Shown: in pieces, positions 60,613-64,000 of the stretch
Numbering within the stretch: position 1 is the stretch's first letter
Layout: each line of letters opens with the position of its first letter
NCBI GenBank assembly: GCA_037443035.1
Contig: JBBIPC010000009.1
Span: 12,618 to 76,617, forward strand
Length of the DNA: 64,000 nucleotides
Direction: 5' to 3'
Origin: Chthonomonadales bacterium
GTDB lineage: Bacteria; Armatimonadota; Chthonomonadetes; Chthonomonadales; CAJBBX01
Translations under genes and position numbers: made by a program
Notes under the pieces: model-generated
Database searches by the model: none
The model's input: the letters and a program-made list of their open reading frames with translations, nothing else
Told to the model about the DNA's origin: nothing

Positions 60613-61572
60613 TCAGCGCGGCGACCTTGCCGAACGGTTCGCTCCTGTACTCTGCCTTCCTGCTCTCTGTATCGTCAGTCGGTAGACCGTCTCCGCATCT
60701 GCCGTTCGACGGACATGAGCGGTTACCGTGACGCCTAGCCGTATGCTCGCTACACCGACATCCTTCCCATCTCGCCGGATGATGCAGTCCCGCAGCAGTT
60801 CCAGTACTCTCGTGTCGTCAGCGCGAGTATGGAGCGTGAGTTTGCGAGCGGTGGCATCCCAAGCTTGCACTGTCCCGGTCACAGTAGGCTGTGAACGTTC
60901 CTTTAACCGTAGTGCACCAGCACGGTTACTGGCAATGGCCGTAGCCATGGCAGTGCCATTGGGCAGCAAGCGAGGGGCGATCCAGACCTTCATGCCAGGC
61001 TTCAGCTCGACAGCGCCGCCATCGGCACCCACAATCTCACTTCGCGTCTTCTCTGTGACCCGGTAGGCCAACTGGCCATGGTCTTTGTCGTCTTCGAAGA
61101 GAACGCCGCGGTCGGTGACTTCGACGACCGTGCCGGAGACGATTTCGCGTCGCATGCGAAGGAGCCATGGCCAACTGTCGGTGTCCGCGAGATCATACAG
61201 CAGTAATGGCTGGGTACTGGACACTCGGCAGCGCAACCGCACCTGCTGACCTTTCTGGAATGCGTCCAGCGACACGGGGCGGCGTGCAAGAAGGAGTGTC
61301 GCCGTTGTGGGGACTTGGTACTGCACGCGGCTCTCCCCGTGCCTCACGACCACGATCCGACCCACCGCGTCGGAACTTTCCACCACGCCAACACGCACTT
61401 CCGCCACCCTTGCCACGGCAGCGACCGGGAGCGCGACAAGGATGGCAGCGCAGTAACAGGAAACTGATCGGAAGCGTGAGGGAGATGAAGCGTGGAGGCG
61501 CCGAGCGGAATCGAACCGCTGAATAAGGGTTTTGCAGACCCCTCCCTTAGCCACTTGGGTACGGCGCCCCAT
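60613..61572 (-). CDS. Hypothetical, probably exported protein with three repeated beta-rich (OB/DUF5666-like) modules; start uncertain
   Basis: Three similar units (GVVESSD.../SGTVVEV.../TGTVQAWD..., each ending near FQKGQQV, LKPGMKV or IRLGVTV); the frame is open through tRNA-Cys. Confidence 0.65.
   Translation of the reverse strand: MGRRTQVAKGGVCKTLIQRFDSARRLHASSPSRFRSVSCYCAAILVALPVAAVARVAEVRVGVVESSDAVGRIVVVRHGESRVQYQVPTTATLLLARRPVSLDAFQKGQQVRLRCRVSSTQPLLLYDLADTDSWPWLLRMRREIVSGTVVEVTDRGVLFEDDKDHGQLAYRVTEKTRSEIVGADGGAVELKPGMKVWIAPRLLPNGTAMATAIASNRAGALRLKERSQPTVTGTVQAWDATARKLTLHTRADDTRVLELLRDCIIRRDGKDVGVASIRLGVTVTAHVRRTADAETVYRLTIQRAGRQSTGANRSARSPR
61493..61568 (-). tRNA. tRNA-Cys(GCA), CCA encoded
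   Basis: GGCGCCG/CGGCGCC acceptor stem, U discriminator plus CCA, anticodon arm GGGGT-CTGCAAA-ACCCT, T-loop TTCGATT. Confidence 0.96.
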
Positions 61573-61583
61573 TACACAACCTT

Positions 61584-61613
61584 ATTCTAACATAGTCCGC
61601 TCTTCGCGGTCAA
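61584..61613 (-). promoter_or_regulatory. Sigma70-type promoter of tRNA-Cys
   Basis: TTGACC-18 nt-TAGAAT with TG extension, about 15 nt upstream of the tRNA. Confidence 0.7.
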
Positions 61614-61714
61614 GAACTTGCGCTCGCTGACGCTTCTATGCCATGCTAGAAGATGGCGCCGGCGCCCTGATAGTCGAGGTCGTCGGCGTATGCATTCTGC
61701 GAGGCTTTGTTTGC

Positions 61715-62731
61715 ATGGCTAAAGGTTACCATGTGGCGGTGGTAGGAGCGACGGGAGCCGTCGGTGAGGAGTTCCGACGGCTTCTCGAAGAGCGGGACTT
61801 CCCCATGGCGTCGCTTCGCCTCCTTGCGTCCGAACGATCCCGAGGGCGAACAGTCGAGTTTCGCGGTGAGACATTGCAGGTCGAGGTGCTTACCAGGCAG
61901 TCCTTCGACGGGTGCGACATTGCTTTCTTCTCCGCTGGTGCGTCGCGCAGTCGGGAGTTCGCTCCAGCGGCCGTCGAGGCTGGCGCCGTGGTTATAGACA
62001 ACTCCTCCGCGTTCCGCATGGATCCGGACGTTCCCTTGGTGATTCCGGAGATCAATCCGCAAGACATCGCCGGACATCGGGGTATCATCGCGAATCCGAA
62101 CTGCTCGACCATCATTGCGCTCATGGCCCTGGCTCCACTCCGCCACCTCGGCAAGATACGGCGTGTAGTCATCTCGACCTACCAGGCTGCGAGCGGCGCC
62201 GGTGCCCAGGCCATGGAAGAACTGAAGCAGCAGGCCAAGGATCTCCTCGATGGCAAGCCGGTCGTACCTAGGGTGCTGCCGCATCCCATCGCCTTCAACC
62301 TCTTCAGCCACAACAGCCCGGTTGGTTCCGACGGATACAACGAAGAGGAACGGAAGATGGTGCTGGAGTCGCGGAAGATCCTCCACGATGAGACGCTCCG
62401 GATCACTGCCATGTGCATCCGCGTACCAGTTCTGCGTGCTCATGCCGAGAGCATCAACGTGGAGTTCGAAGGTCCTCGACCGGACCTCGGTGCGGTGCGG
62501 GAGTGCCTGTTCCACGCACCTGGCGTGGAGCTGGTAGACGATGTCGAACACAACCGCTTCCCCATGCCCATAGAGGCCACGGGCAAGGATAACGTCCTCG
62601 TAGGGCGGATCCGCAACGACGTCTCGAACGACAACGCCATAGACATGTTCGTATGTGGCGACCAGCTCCTCAAGGGGGCAGCACTGAACGGCTTCCAGAT
62701 CGCTCAGGAGCTGCTACGCCAGACGCGCTGA
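61715..62731 (+). CDS. asd: Aspartate-semialdehyde dehydrogenase
   Basis: VGATGAVG, IDNSSAFRM, IANPNCST, YQAASGAG, RVPVLRAH, GRIR, LLKGAALN. Confidence 0.96.
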   Translation: MAKGYHVAVVGATGAVGEEFRRLLEERDFPMASLRLLASERSRGRTVEFRGETLQVEVLTRQSFDGCDIAFFSAGASRSREFAPAAVEAGAVVIDNSSAFRMDPDVPLVIPEINPQDIAGHRGIIANPNCSTIIALMALAPLRHLGKIRRVVISTYQAASGAGAQAMEELKQQAKDLLDGKPVVPRVLPHPIAFNLFSHNSPVGSDGYNEEERKMVLESRKILHDETLRITAMCIRVPVLRAHAESINVEFEGPRPDLGAVRECLFHAPGVELVDDVEHNRFPMPIEATGKDNVLVGRIRNDVSNDNAIDMFVCGDQLLKGAALNGFQIAQELLRQTR

Positions 62732-62754
62732 GGAAGCACTAGTAGGAGGGGACC

Positions 62755-63648
62755 ATGTGGGGTCGTGTCTTGACAGCGATGGTGACGCCTTTCGACGCCG
62801 GAGGGCGCCTTGACGAAGAAGCCATCCCCGCTCTAGTGGATTACCTCTTCGATCAGGGTTCCGATGGGTTGGTCGTCTGTGGGACGACCGGCGAAGCGCC
62901 GACGCTGTCCTTCCATGAGAAGCGTCGGTGCTTCGAGCTGGTCCGTGACGCCGCGAAGGGCCGCGGGGATGTCCTCGCCGGAACCGGTACCAACGACACC
63001 CACGACGCCGTAGAACTGTCCAGAATGGCCGAGGAGGTCGGCGTTGACGGTCTTCTCGTGGTTACGCCGTACTACAATAAGCCATCCCAGGAGGGGCTCT
63101 ATCGGCACTTCCGCACAGTGGCCGAAGCGGTCTCCCTCCCGGTCATGCTCTACAATGTGCCTGGTCGAACATCGGTCAACCTCGAAGCCTCCACGGTCCT
63201 TCGGCTGGCTCGCGACGTGCCCAACATCGTGGCCGTGAAGGAAGCCAGCGGCAACCTCCTGCAGGCAACCGACATTGTGGCTGGAGCGCCCGATGGCTTC
63301 GTTCTCTATAGCGGGGAAGACGGCCTGACGCTTCCCCTGCTCGCTGTCGGCGCCTACGGCGTTGTCAGCGTTACATCGCACCTGGTGGGGCCGGGCATTC
63401 AGGCGATGTTCGCAGCGTTCTTGAGTGGCAATCACGCCGAAGCCGCGCGGCTCCATGCGCGAATGCTGCCTGTGGTTCGCGCGTGTTTCCAACCCACGAC
63501 ACCAAGTCCGGTTCCTCTCAAAGCAGCCCTGAACCGACTGGGCATCGAGGTCGGGCCACCACGCCTGCCGCTCGTGGAAGCAACAGAATCGGAGTTAGGC
63601 CGAGTACTCCAAGCGCTCGAAGACTACGAGAGAGGCTCGAGCACATAA
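62755..63648 (+). CDS. dapA: 4-hydroxy-tetrahydrodipicolinate synthase
   Basis: AMVTPF, GTTGE, PYYNKP, LYNVPGRT, VKEASG; strong SD AGGAGG. Confidence 0.96.
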   Translation: MWGRVLTAMVTPFDAGGRLDEEAIPALVDYLFDQGSDGLVVCGTTGEAPTLSFHEKRRCFELVRDAAKGRGDVLAGTGTNDTHDAVELSRMAEEVGVDGLLVVTPYYNKPSQEGLYRHFRTVAEAVSLPVMLYNVPGRTSVNLEASTVLRLARDVPNIVAVKEASGNLLQATDIVAGAPDGFVLYSGEDGLTLPLLAVGAYGVVSVTSHLVGPGIQAMFAAFLSGNHAEAARLHARMLPVVRACFQPTTPSPVPLKAALNRLGIEVGPPRLPLVEATESELGRVLQALEDYERGSST

Positions 63649-63714
63649 CCCGGACTGTTCATGGTGAAAGCCCACGGAGCGCCCTCAGGCATTAGCGAGC
63701 CTGCAGGCGAGATT

Positions 63715-64000
63715 CTAGTCCGACCTGTCTGACCTGTCTGACCCGTCCGACCTGTCTGACCTGTCTGACTTCTCCCACCTGGCCCTGCGCCTCTCCCTGT
63801 AGAGCCGCTCGGTGAAGCCTCCCTCGTCGAGGAAAGACTGCTCCAGCGCCTGGAGCTGCCTTCCGAGGAGATAGCTCGCCTGGTTGATCAGGCAAATCAT
63901 CGTGTTGGCCGCTACTTCGGCGGAGGCCGTTCTGATGCCGTAGGGGTCCGACCTGTCCGACCTGTCCGACCTGTCCGACCTGTCCGACCTGTCCGACCTG
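63715..64000 (-). CDS. Four-helix-bundle protein with suffix domain (TIGR02436/TIGR04258-like), C-terminal part only
   Basis: Frame open to the window edge: (RSD)6-PYGIRTASAEVAANTMICLINQASYLLGRQLQALEQSFLDEGGFTERLYRERRRAR-WEK-SDRSDRSDGSDRSDRSD*. The AAN...LI.Q..YLL..Q...LE..F..EGGF.ERLY pattern was recognised from memory. Confidence 0.78.
   Translation of the reverse strand, partial: RSDRSDRSDRSDRSDRSDPYGIRTASAEVAANTMICLINQASYLLGRQLQALEQSFLDEGGFTERLYRERRRARWEKSDRSDRSDGSDRSDRSD
63718..63771. repeat. 9-bp tandem repeat, 6 slightly degenerate copies (GTCYGACCT)
   Basis: gtccgacct gtctgacct gtctgaccc gtccgacct gtctgacct gtctgactt. Confidence 0.97.
63946..64000. repeat. 9-bp tandem repeat, at least 6 perfect copies of GTCCGACCT, running off the window edge
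   Basis: Six exact units at 63946-63999 plus 1 nt of the next. Confidence 0.98.

Noticed and set aside
41523..61568. Integrative element at tRNA-Pro or tRNA-Cys
   Set aside because: No integrase, no duplicated tRNA 3' end noticed, and the flanking genes are housekeeping with similar composition.
63681..63708. Hairpin between dapA and the convergent gene as an intrinsic terminator
   Set aside because: The stem is short and interrupted with no U-tract on either strand, so support is insufficient.
63692..63895. Alternative-frame ORF with VRQVRQ repeats
   Set aside because: Shadow frame of the four-helix-bundle suffix gene; the conserved motif lies in the frame ending at 63715.
63718..64000. 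Repeat arrays as a CRISPR array
   Set aside because: The units are 9-bp head-to-tail repeats with no unique spacers, and no cas genes are present.
63715..64000. Diversity-generating retroelement, given the Avd-like fold
   Set aside because: No reverse transcriptase and no TR/VR pair with adenine-specific mismatches were seen in the window. It cannot be excluded beyond the edge.

Overview
GC-rich, gene-dense bacterial chromosomal segment. The gene complement suggests a Terrabacteria lineage, plausibly Armatimonadota, but this is inference only. From left to right it holds: the 3' end of a group 3d [NiFe]-hydrogenase large subunit and a full maturation cluster (protease, hypA, hypB, hypF, hypC, hypD, hypE) with a MaeB malic enzyme inserted inside it; a DUF1080 plus Gfo/Idh/MocA sugar-oxidation cluster; futalosine menaquinone genes (mqnD, mqnC, mqnE); PIN-TRAM/ispDF/hpf/pfkA; a solo gyrB; a partial his operon running into two small paralogous membrane proteins, sucD, mdh and an IMPase; hflX, rsmG, tRNA-Pro, pth; amidase/GerMN/murI; secreted glycan-active proteins; copA; an ECF sigma/anti-sigma pair; tRNA-Cys; asd and dapA. 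I found no integrase, transposase, CRISPR array or rRNA. The most unusual signal is at the right edge: a truncated four-helix-bundle-suffix (Avd/IVP-like superfamily) gene carrying two in-frame arrays of the same 9-bp repeat (GTCCGACCT). Next are a tRNA-Cys nested in frame in the 5' end of an apparently secreted protein's ORF, and maeB embedded in the hydrogenase maturation operon. All family calls come from motif recognition by eye, with no database searches, and several start codons were adjusted from the ORF track using SD sequences and expected N-termini.
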